Positions 10,821 to 20,982 of a stretch of DNA of 64,000 bases are shown here, piece after piece. The translations under genes were made by a program, and so were the position numbers. Each line of letters begins with the position of its first letter. The stretch's first letter is position 1. The notes beneath the pieces were generated by a model that saw nothing but the letters and a program-made list of their open reading frames with translations, did no database searches and had not been told where the DNA came from. The stretch lies in the NCBI RefSeq assembly GCF_000372725.1, contig NW_005202427.1, positions 186,001-250,000 on the forward strand, in the 5' to 3' direction. This stretch comes from Emiliania huxleyi CCMP1516 (lineage: Eukaryota).

Positions 10821-13800
10821 TCACAAATGCCTGGTGGTGGGAGGCGCAAAGGCGTCGTTGCTAATGCGTTGCCGGAGCATCGTGCGTCGCGCTTGCGCCT
10901 TCTGGTTTGCGACGGCGTTCGCGATCGCATCTTCAGTGCCGACGACGACGAGCAGTCGCTTGGCGCGCGAGAGGCCCGTGTAGAGCAGGTTGCGGAAGAG
11001 CATGTACGGGTGCGGCGGCTCGCGCAGCACGGGCATGCAAACGACCTCGTACTCCGACCCCTGCGACTTGTGCACCGTCAGCGCGTAGGCGAGTGAGACC
11101 GTCTTGCCGAGCGCGGAGCGGGGGTACACGACACGCACCGGCTCGCTCTCCTCGCCGAGCGGCGTCGGCCCCTTGCGCGCGTCGAACTCGACCACGAACG
11201 AGTACGACCGCCCCTCGGGCCGCACGGCGCACACGACGCCGCTGTCGCCGTTGAAGACCTGCGAGTCGTAGTCATTCTTGAGCTGGATGACGTGATCGCC
11301 GATGGTGACGCGCACGTCCGCCTCCGAGTCGCTCGTGGCGGCGTCGGGCGCGGCGCCGTCCGGCGGCGCGGCGCGCGAGCGCCGGTTGAGCTCGCCCTTG
11401 AGCCTCTGGTTGAGCTGCACGGTGCCGGCCGGGCCGCGCTTGACGGGCGAGAGGACCTGCACCTCCTCCTGCGGGAGAGTAAGGGGCGGGCGGGGGAGGT
11501 GGGTTGCCACGGGAGCGGGGCGAGGAGCGGGGCGAGGAGCGGGGCGAGTTGTGGAAGCGTCGGGGAGAGTGCGTTGGCAGGGCGCGGGTCCGCCACCTGC
11601 AAGTTGTAGCCGACGCCGCGCAGCCAGCGCAACACGTCGCCGCACAGCAAGCGCTGGGCCTCGGCAGCGCTGCGCGCGGGCACGAGCAGGCAGCCGCTCG
11701 GTCGCGGCTCGAGTATGCCGTCGAGCTGCGCCGCCGTCGCGCGCCTCCAGTGCGAGGGGACGACGCCGCAGTTGATGAGCGCCTAGAGGCTCCGAGAGAC
11801 GGCTCCGAGGCGGTTCCGAGAAGCAGACGCCGCCGCGGTGGATGAGCACCGCGTTGCGCGCGATGTCGCCCGTCGGATCCTGCAAGGCGGGGGCGGAGAG
11901 AGGGAGGCAGTCGAGGGGCGCGGCCGGGGCGGCGCGAGCGCGGGTGGCGTGTGCTCGGGGCTGCGGTGTCCCGCTCCTGCCGGAAGATCCCGCTCAGCTC
12001 GACGCGCGGCACTCGCGGCGAGCCGAGCAAGTCGTGCAGCACGGCGCCCGGGCCGACCGAGGGGAGCTGGTTCGCGTCGCCCACGAAGAGGACGACGCAC
12101 TCCTCGCGCAGCGCCTCGAGGAAGCGGGCGGCGAGGTGGATGTCGAGCATCGATGCCTCGTCGATCACGACGGCGTCGGCGGGCAGCGGGTTGAGCTTGT
12201 CGCGCCGGAAGGCCTTCTCCTGCGGGTTGAACTCGAGCAGCCGGTGGATCGTGCTCGCGGGGAGGCCGACCGACGTAGAGAGCACAGAGGCGGCTCGCGC
12301 AGTCGGGCAGGCGAGCATCACGTGCTTGCCCTGCTGCCGCCAGGCGCGCACGACCTCGCGCACGGAGAACGTCTTGCCGGTGCCGGGCCTGCGGGGTGGA
12401 CACGAGGTAGAGGGCGGGGACCCGAGGGCCAACGAGTGCACGGGCAGGGTGCTGGGGCGTGAATGGAATGCAGCAGAACACGCGCAATCCCGAGAGCCAG
12501 GAAGACACCCACTACGATGTCACGGGCCAAGTCCCGGGCTAGGCTGCCGCGCCCTCCGGTCAGCACGAGCAGCCGGCCCAGCCGGCCGTCCTTGCCGTGC
12601 GCCGCCGCGTCGGCGCCCATCGCGGCGCACTGCGCGACCGCCTCGCGCTGCGCCTGCGGGAAGGGCCCGGGGGGGGTCAGGGGGAGGCCACCAAGCAGGA
12701 GCGGCGCTCGGCCGCCTCGCACTGCGCCGTGGAGAGCCGCTCGTCGAATGCGTGTTCGAGGCCCGCCGCCTCGCCCGCCGCCTCGCCTGTCCCTGCGGCC
12801 TCGCCGGCGCCGGCCTGCTCCCTCGCCGGCAGCCTGCGCCGCACCGCCATCGCCACCGCCTCCTCCTCGCGCACGAGGGTCTGGTGGTAGACGTACGGAG
12901 CGAGGGAGGGGTCGCGCAGCGAAGCGCCCGCCCCCCCTCCCGCCCCCTCCGCCTCCGCCCCCTCCGCCGCCTCCCCGGCCCCGCCCTGCGCCGGGGGCGG
13001 GTAGTCGGCGTGCACCAGCCCCTCCTTGCGCATCCGCTCGAGGGCGGCCTGCGCGCGAGAGAGGACGCTCGGTACCTCTCGGCGGTCTCTCGGCGGTCTC
13101 TCGGCGGTCTCTTCTCGCGGTCTTCCCGGCGGTCTCTCGCCTGCGCGAGCTTGAGAGCCTTGCCCGACGCAAAGTCGGGGCCGGAGAGGCTCCGCTGCAC
13201 CGCGCTCAGCAGCAGCACTCGCGGCGCATAGCAGTCGCCTGGTCCGCGACGCACTCCCGTGCTCACTCCTCGGGTGGGGCACCTCGGCCGCGCCAGGGGA
13301 TGCGTCTCTCGGCACCGTCGCTGCTGCTCTGCCGCAAGCAAGCCTCGATCGCGGCGGCGGCGCGGCGCGGCGAGTCGAGCCTCGCGCCCAGCTGGCTGAG
13401 GGCGAGCCGGTCGACGGCAGGGAAGGCGGTGCCGGGCAGCAGCGAGAGGAGGAGGTACGGGTCCGCCTGCGGCGGGCAGCCGGGGGGGGGCATCGGCGCC
13501 TCTCCTCGCTCGCACCCTCCCTCTCCTCCCTGCCCCAGGACCGCGCCTCCAGCCGCGCGCGCGCGTCGACGCCGAGCGAGTCGTAGACGAGCTGCGCCTG
13601 CTCGGCACGGACATGCCACCGACGTGTCATGGACGCGTCACGCCGCGGGTCGACAGCGCCTCCGCGAGAGCTGCGCCTGCTCGCCACTAAGGCCGAGGCT
13701 GAGCACAAAGGAGAGCGCCTCGTGCCTACCCGTCGCCCGCAGCCGTGAGAATGAACCGCCGTCGGCACCAGCCATACCCATTCAGACTACGCCCCCGTGC

Positions 13801-14565
13801 CTGCCGGCTGCGCCAAAGTGTCGCTCCGCCGACGCGCGCAGCTTCTCGAGCCGCGAGGGCCCGACGCCGGGCACCGCCAGGAGCCGCTCGTCGCCGCTCT
13901 GGATCATCCCGATCACCTCGTCCCCAAAGGCAGTCGTCAGGGCGGCGGCCAGCTTTGGCCCGACACCCTTGAAGGCGCCCGACGAGAGGAGCGCGGCAGC
14001 GCCGCCGCTCGACTCGGTGGGCGGCACCGCCCGCTCCAGCCGCTCGACGGCGAGCTGGCGGCCGTACCTACGCACGCACGAGCCACACGCCCTCTCCCAC
14101 TCTCTCTCCACGGGTCGGCGGCCCGCTCCGCAGGGCGCGCCGTTCGTGCACGACCATCCGGCCACTCACCTCGAGCTCTTCGCCCACCGTGGCGGCCGAG
14201 AGGGTGCCGTTGGTGGCGCAGAGCACCATCGCCGACGGGCGCGACCCCTTGGGCCGCTTGAGCCGCAGCACGCAGTAGCCCCCCTTTTGGTACACCACTT
14301 TCTTGACGACGCCAGTCACGCTCATCGCATCTGGCTCGAGCGCGGCAGCTCTGGAAGAGGCCGCGCTCGCCGACTCCGCCCGCTCTGTTGGCTGCCGCTG
14401 CACGGCCGCCGCCGCTATGACGTGCGCACGAGGCAGGCTACGCGCGGGCGGCCACGAGCTGAGCAGCGTCGCCGCCTGTGTGGAGAGCGGCAGGCTCCGT
14501 CTGTGCAGCGGGAGTGGCCTCCGTGCAATGGCCGCGCTGAGGGAGAGGAGCCCCATGATCTTCAT
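10821..14565 (-). CDS. recD2: RecD2-like SF1B DNA helicase (multi-exon) with N-terminal organellar targeting-like extension
   Basis: N-terminal VTGVVKKVVYQKGGYCVLRL; HhH motifs FKGVGPKLA and VPGVGPSRL; Walker A (GG)PGTGKT; ASTIHRLL; VIDEASMLD; FVGDANQLPSVGPG; IFRQ; NDYDSQVFNGDSG; AYALTVHKSQGSEY; RNLLYTGLSRAK. Confidence 0.9.
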
Positions 14566-14791
14566 CAGAGGCGCGTGTGGGCATGTGTGGCCGGGCGCGA
14601 GAATTTCGCTTTTTTCTCGTAAGAAACACATCACCAGGGTGGTGCCTAGCCGTCACTCCACCCTCGGGCGTCTACCTGAATAAATAAAGAGAGCATTGAA
14701 ACGGAAAACGAGTTGTGACAAGCGCGCAGCATCTCTTTGGGGGGGTTTTGCTAAGGTGTAGATCAGGTTCCACACCATCGTCCCACACGTA

Positions 14792-15263
14792 CCGTCGGGT
14801 CTCTATTTTAAGAGCAGGTAAACAGCAATAGATCCGGGTGTAGTGCCGGATCAGTTCCTGGAGCCAGGGGGACCGATTCGCGCTTGCCAAGGGACCAATT
14901 GCTGGAAGCCTGCGCAGCCTGCGCTCCGGCCGGCAGAGGGCTTGCGACCCGTGGCAGGGTGACAGCCCGCCGGTGGGCGAGCCAAACTCTGGCGGAGGCA
15001 GCCCGCTCAGCCCCAGGCGCCCCTCGAACCGGAGGGTGGTCTGCCGCCGCTGCGCGGTCGGCGCGCCGAGCGCGGGAGACATATCAGCTTCGCGCCACAG
15101 GTAACATGGGGACCGATTCTCGGCAAGTTTGGCAGCGCGGGCAGTGTGAAGGATCGATTGCTGTACAACGAGGGACCGATTCCGTGAGGGCCGGGTATCG
15201 ATTAGGCCGCTTGAGGGCCGGATCTATTGCTGTTTACCTGCTCTTAAAATAGAGACCCGACGG
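14792..15263. mobile_element. MITE with perfect 46-bp TIRs and TA target-site duplication (Tc1/mariner-pogo type)
   Basis: TA|CCGTCGGGTCTCTATTTTAAGAGCAGGTAAACAGCAATAGATCCGG (14790-14837) is the exact reverse complement of 15218-15265. No transposase inside. Confidence 0.9.
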
Positions 15264-15469
15264 TAGCTCAGCGGTCAGGTGAAAAGGGGTTTTTGCTAAG
15301 GGCCTCCCACACACGCCACCCACACCGGATGTGTCTTGGGCAAGTTTTGCACTTTTCTTTCGTTTATAAGCCTCGTGCATACAATTAACACATGTATTCC
15401 TAAAAAACTCTCTCTCTACAATTATTATTATTATTCGAAGTATTATTAGAACTATTATTATTATTATTT

Positions 15470-16214
15470 GCACCGCTGAGCTCGCCGGCCTTGTCCTTGC
15501 CCGCCTTGTTCTCGGCGGTGATGCGGTCGGCCTCCTTCTTGTGCTCGTTGATCTCCAGAAGCAGCTGCGTGCAGGCAGCGGTCAGGCGACGGTCGGGCGG
15601 CGGTTAAGGGTGATCAGGGGGTGACCAGGGGGGGAGGGCGAGGGCGCTTGCGGGTGTTGGCTGGAGAGGAAGAGCGAGGGAGCTGCGCCGCCCACCTGTT
15701 GGAACTCAGTGAGCGCCACCTCGGACTTGGTGCCCTCAGTGCCGGCCTCGGCGGGCTCGTTGTGCTCCATCCTCGGCGTCCAGAGGTGCTTGTTGGCGGC
15801 GAGCTGGCGCTCGATCCAATGGATGATGGCCTGCTCGTCCTTCGGCCAGGCAAAGGTCTTGAACGCCGGTGACTTCTTGACCAGCGTGACGATGGACTCC
15901 CACTCCTCCTTGCGGTTGTACTGACGCTCCTTGCTCCCCTTGACGTTCGTGTGGTGGGTCATCCAGGCCTTGACGCCCGAGAAGCTGACCTGCTGAAGCA
16001 TGATCTCGGCGCGGAAGTCGACGTTCCACTTCATCTGCTTCTCCGTGGTCGCGGCCGGCAGCACCTCCGTAGGCTCGACGTCGATGGGATCCTGTCGGCA
16101 GCGGGGCGGCGGGCGGGCGGTTCGGTGAGATGAGAGGCGCTGCCGAGCGCGGAGTGGGCGTGGGGGGTCCATCGGGGATGGCTGGCGGCCGGGGGCGCGA
16201 AGCTACACCGTCAT
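15470..16214 (-). CDS. Spliced gene for a Myb/SANT-like (Trp-patterned) domain plus coiled coil, probably transposon-associated and 3'-truncated
   Basis: KQMKW...RKEEWESIVTLVKKSPAF...WPKDEQAIIHWIERQL, then a further exon LLLEINEHKKEADRITAENK. Runs into an (ATT)n tract at about 15420-15470. Confidence 0.45.
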
Positions 16215-16430
16215 GCTCGGTGTCGGTGGGTCCCACGGATTGAGCGTGTAGGTGTGTGGTCGTGACGCTCCCACGCCACGAGTCCCGGATCCCACACGTG
16301 GGAGCCCGCCGTGGGACGTGTGGTGGAATCTTAGCAAAAACCCTCTTTTTACAGCAGAGAGAGACTCTCTCTTTTCTCCCAGTAAGCTAAAAGTACGTAG
16401 TACAGCAGCCAACGCCTTTATACACACAGC

Positions 16431-19400
16431 ATGGCCGTCGTGCACCTCTCCTCCCTCGAGGCCACGCTCTCCGCGAAGCTCGTGCTCGCCGGCGGCGGCG
16501 GCCGCTCGGAGCGCGACCGCGATGTGCAACAGGCGCGGGCAGGGCTGAAGGCAGAGTGCCGCCGGCTGATGATCGAGCAGCCCGAGCTGGCGCGCACACG
16601 GAATGCGGAGCGCACGCTGTGGCACCGCTGCGTTTACGACAGCGTCAAGTACTACACCCGCGCGGTGAGCAGCAAGCGCGCGCAGATCCGGGCCAACAGA
16701 GACGGCCACCGGGACGACGGCCACCGGGACGATGCGGCGGCGCGCGACGCGCTGCAGCACTCGGAGCGGCGGCTCGCCGAAGTGCTGCGCGACTCGAGCT
16801 CCTTCTACCAGTCGCTGGTCTCGGAGCTGCGCAGGCTCAAAACACAACTCTCCCGCCTCCGCCCTCCGCCTCCGCCGCCACCTCCTCCACCTCCACCACC
16901 GCCGATTACGCCGTCCCTCGCAGGCTCGCCGGCGTCGGCGACGGGAGCGGCGGCGCAGAGGCGGCCTCGTCGGGAGGCGGCGGCGACTGCGGCGGCGAGG
17001 GTCGGCCGGTGGTGGTGGCTTGAGACGCCGAGGTGGCTGCCGGCCCCGCGAGCGAAGGCAGCTTCACTCGGCTGGCGCGCGGTGTAGGTTGTGGACGGGC
17101 TGAACGTGGCCCGCGACACGGAGGGCTCCGACGAGGGCCGGAGGGGCTCGGCGCGGCCGCTCTCGCAGGCGATCCGCCGGCTGCAGGAGGAGGGGTACGA
17201 GGTGCACGCCACTCCTCCCCAGGTGAGTGAAGCTCCCTGCGGCTCACTCTGGGCTCACTGCCAGAGTGTGCGTGCGAGGTGCATGCCATCTTGCCGCGCT
17301 GGGCGCTCAACGGCGGGCCGGGCAAGTGCCTCGCCGAGCCGGAGCTCCTCTCGCCCTTCGTGCGCGCGTCGCTGCACCTCTCTCCCTCCGGCGTCGACGA
17401 GGACGGCTTCCTCCTCCGGCTCGCGCAGGACCGAGACGCCCTCCTCCTCTCAAACGACCTGTACCGCGACCACATCGAGTCGGGTCTCGTCTCGCGCGAG
17501 TGGGTCGCGGCGCACCGGCTGCCCTACATGTTCGTCCACGGCTCGCTCATGATCGAGTTTGGCGCCGGCGGCCCCTCCCGCGTCGCGTCCCACCGCCCGG
17601 GCGGCACGGGGCGGGCGCACGGCGGCGGCGGCGGCGGCGGCGGCGAGAGCGGCGGCGGCGGCGGCGGCGGCGAGAGCGGCGGCGGCGGCGGGAGCGGCGG
17701 CGGGGAGACGGGAGCGGCCGGCGGCGGGGAGGGGAAGCGGCGGCGCGAGGCGTGGAGACGGCTCTGTGCCGTGTCGCTGCTGCGGCTGGGCGACTTGGCC
17801 CGCTATCGCGCCGTCAGCGAGGGCGGGCGCGACGCGGCTCAGAGGAAGAGGGCGCTCTGTGCCGCCGCCGCGTCCTACGGCGGGGCGCAGCAGCTCGAGC
17901 CGGGCTTGGGCGGCAGACGTAGCCCGAGACGCGAGCGAGATGCGGCACACCACTCGCTCCGCGCGACTCGCACCCTGCGAAGCCACTGCTGCACCCGCTG
18001 CTGCTGCACACGGGCGGGCCGACAGATCCCGGGCCGACAGATCTACACGCGTCGGCCAAACATCACACACACACACTCTCGGCCACACCTCGGCCATCTC
18101 CCGTAGGCCACTGCTACCACCAGCAGGCGGTGCTGGCGAGGGAGGAAGGGGTCACGCTCGACGCCCTCTTCGGCTACCTCCGCGCCCTTCTCGCCCCGGA
18201 GCCGTTCGCGCCCACGGCCCAAAACAATCTCGACCGCCTCTGCGCCGAGCTCGCGCGAGGGCCTCCCCCGGCGCCGCCGCCGCCCCTGGCGAGCAGGGAG
18301 GCGGCGGACTGGTTCGAGGCGGCGGTCTGCCGACTCGTCGCCTCGGCGTGCCTCGGCGACGGGGCGGCCTCCGCAGAGGACCTGGCTGGCAGCAGGTCGC
18401 TGCTCCTGCAGCTCAGCGGATGGCTGCGAGTCTCCGTGGTGAGTGCTCGCCCTCGGCCGCCACCCACCTCCCCCACCCTCCCCTCTCGCCGCCGACGGAC
18501 ACACGCCGCCGCGCCAGGCGCGCGCCAGCGCCCCATCCCCGAAGCGGGTCGGCGTCGCGCTGCTTGTCTGCATCGCCGCGCTCCACCTCGCTCCGCCGCC
18601 GGGCGGAGGAGGCGGCGGCGGCGATTGCGGGCGCGACGGCGAGGATAGCAGCTGCGGCGAGGGCGGCGGCGGCAGCGAGAACGACGGTGAGGGTGTCGGC
18701 GAGAGTGAAGGCAGCACCGCTTCGTCGCGACCGTCCGAGGCGCGGCGCTACACGCTTCAGAGACGGCGTGGGTTGTGAGTGGCGCCTCTCCAACCGCCAG
18801 GCCGCGAGTAGGCGCGAGCTGCCGCGCTGCTGAAGTGCCTCTTCTGTGCCGTCGCGCCGGCGGTGCAGCAAGCGTCGCAAGACGTGGCGGACGCTGGGCG
18901 AGATCGGCGGTTGGCGCAGCTGCTCGGTGCCGTCACGCCGCTCGCACTGTGGGCGTCTCAACACGCGAACCGCCGTCTCTGGGCGCTTGCAGAGGCGGAC
19001 CGGAGCGATTTCGCCGCCGCGCTCGCGCGGGTGGGGAACAGCCTGCCCGCCGTCGCCCGCTCGGCGGCGGCCCCTCCGATGAGCGCAGCCCTCGAGCGGC
19101 TGACCGGCTTCGCACCTCTCGCCCCCGCCCTCGCGGCGGCTGAGCGTGCTGCGCGGCGGCGTGGCGCGGCGCGGCGCGTCGTCGACGATTCGGATGCGAC
19201 CGGGCTAGTCGCGGCGCTCGGCGGCTCCGCTTTCGCCGCCCTCCGCCACTTGGCCACCTCTTCGGCCAGTGGCGGCGGCACCGCCGCCGATTTCGTTGGG
19301 CGCGACCGTTTCCCTCTTCATTGGTGCGCATCGCCCGAGCCACCACCGCGCCCACTTTGAACCCCCTCCGCCCCGCTCCCTTCCCACGGCCCGCGCTCAG

Positions 19401-19530
19401 GCTCGCAGTGGTCTCATCCGTAGGCATCCGAGCACAGCGGCTTTCGCCACCGTGCCAGAGCTGCACCCGGCGGCGGCATGCGCCCCCGCTACCCGGCAGG
19501 CCGCCTTCCCTGCCCCGCCGCCGCCGCCGC

Positions 19531-19564
<34 letters not shown>

Positions 19565-20060
19565 GCAATTGGTACCGCCACAGTGGCTTGGGATCGACGG
19601 CGACGGCGCAGACGGTACTCTCCCTGCTTCCGCCGCAGCAAGTGGTACTCTCCCTGCCTTCTTCTCCTCGGCGTGCACGCTGCCAGACGAGCCGCTCGAG
19701 CCGCCCGGGACGGCGCCACTGGGCACTGCGGCGCGGGGGCGAGGGCGGGGGCGAGGGCGAGGGCGAGGGCGAGGGCGAGGGCAAGCGTCGCTCGGGGTGG
19801 CGGGCCTGCTGCCAGTCTCTTGCGATCCCTCTTGTCGGCGGAATGGCGGAGGCGTCGAACATTCGGGCGGCAGCGAGGAGGCGAGGCAGGTGCACGACAA
19901 CGCCGTCCGCATCCTCGGGGCGAGGAAGGTCGCGCCAAAACCGCCGCCCAAAGAAGAGGATCCGGAGATGAGTGGTGGGCTGTTGGCAGAGATGGAGGCG
20001 TTGCTGGCATTGGCGGAGGAGTCGACGTCGCGAGGCCCGGGGACGATGGACATGGCGTAG
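16431..20060 (+). CDS. EST1/SMG5-7-like helical protein with an internal Zc3h12a/Regnase-type NYN (PIN) RNase domain (multi-exon)
   Basis: EST1-like motifs AERTLWHRCVY, SFYQSL, LGDLARYR, GHCYHQQAVLA and YLRALLAPEPFAPTAQNNLDRL. NYN motifs RPVVVDGLNVA, DEDGFLL, LLSNDLYRD and RLPYMF. The 3' end is uncertain. Confidence 0.75.
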
Positions 20061-20738
20061 GCGAAGCGTCTGACTCGAAGCTCCAAGCTCTCCGCGCAAG
20101 CGGGCGCTGCTCTGCTCCTCCACGATGCGGCCCACCGTGCCGCGGCAGGTGCGCTCCGCAGCACGCACCGTCTCGAGCATGAGCGTCACCTCCGAGACCT
20201 TGGCGTGGAACGACTCGATGTGTTGATCCGAGGAGGACTGGTGAGCACGCAGTGTGCCTACCGCCCGGTTCGCAGCCCCGAGCTGCTCGTTCAGTACGTG
20301 CAGCTGCTCGCCCTGTGCGCTGATCTTTGCCTTGGATTCGGCCGCCTGGTCGTCGGCGAGCCGAGCCAGGATGGCGTAGCGCTGCTTCTCCGACTCCACC
20401 GCCGCCAGATGGCGGTCGGCCGCAGCCTCGGCCTCCTGTATGCGGCGCTCCGACGCACGCAGGTTGGCCTGCACCACGCTCCTGCTGTCGAGTGCAGCCT
20501 TGAGCGTCGCCTCGGCGTGATGGACGCTCCGCTCGAGCTCTTGGACGCGCCGCTCGGCACCCTCCTTCTCGCCGACAAGGGAGAGCAGCCGCTGCTGGAA
20601 GCGCGCCGGTAGTTTTTCGAGCAGGGGCTGCGTCGGAGCGTCGCACAGACACACCAGCGCGCAGACGCCGAGACGGACACTCACATCAGACCTGCACCTG
20701 GGACTCACACGCGAGTAATCACAGGACACAGCGCGCAT
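20060..20738 (-). CDS. Hypothetical coiled-coil protein
   Basis: Heptad-rich segment LLEKLPARFQQRLLSL...HAKVSEVTLMLETVR in ORF 18933..20738. Both boundaries are uncertain. Confidence 0.4.
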
Positions 20739-20982
20739 AAAATCGTCATGACTGTTACAAAAACATCTTTAAATGCAAACAACAGCAACAGATTACCTGT
20801 GAGAGAAAAAACGGAGCGTAGATCCGGTCCCTGAAATAATTGAGAGGCTGAGGCAAAAATGAGGGTCGCGCGTTACCGTTAGCGCTGCGTCTTGCTCCTA
20901 CTCGGCAGCAACCACCACGCCATCGACCGCGTGTGGCCCGTCGTGTCGTCGTCGGATTGGCCGCCTCGGGCGAGCTGGCCGG

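Larger units (their letters stand above)
14739..16345. mobile_element. Putative PIF/Harbinger-like element (compound, with nested MITE)
   Basis: GGGTTTTTGCTAAG (15287-15300) is perfectly inverted to 16330-16343. A similar left end lies at 14739-14756, with subterminal similarity to the right end and TTT flanking both outer ends. Contains a Myb/SANT-like gene. Confidence 0.5.

Noticed and set aside
15266..15481. 10-bp inverted repeat GCTCAGCGGT at the edges of this segment, hinting at an inversion
   Set aside because: Too short to distinguish from chance.
18933..20060. Long antisense overlap of ORF 18933..20738 with the SMG-like gene
   Set aside because: The overlapping part is low-complexity and likely open by chance. 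Only the coiled-coil part looks coding.
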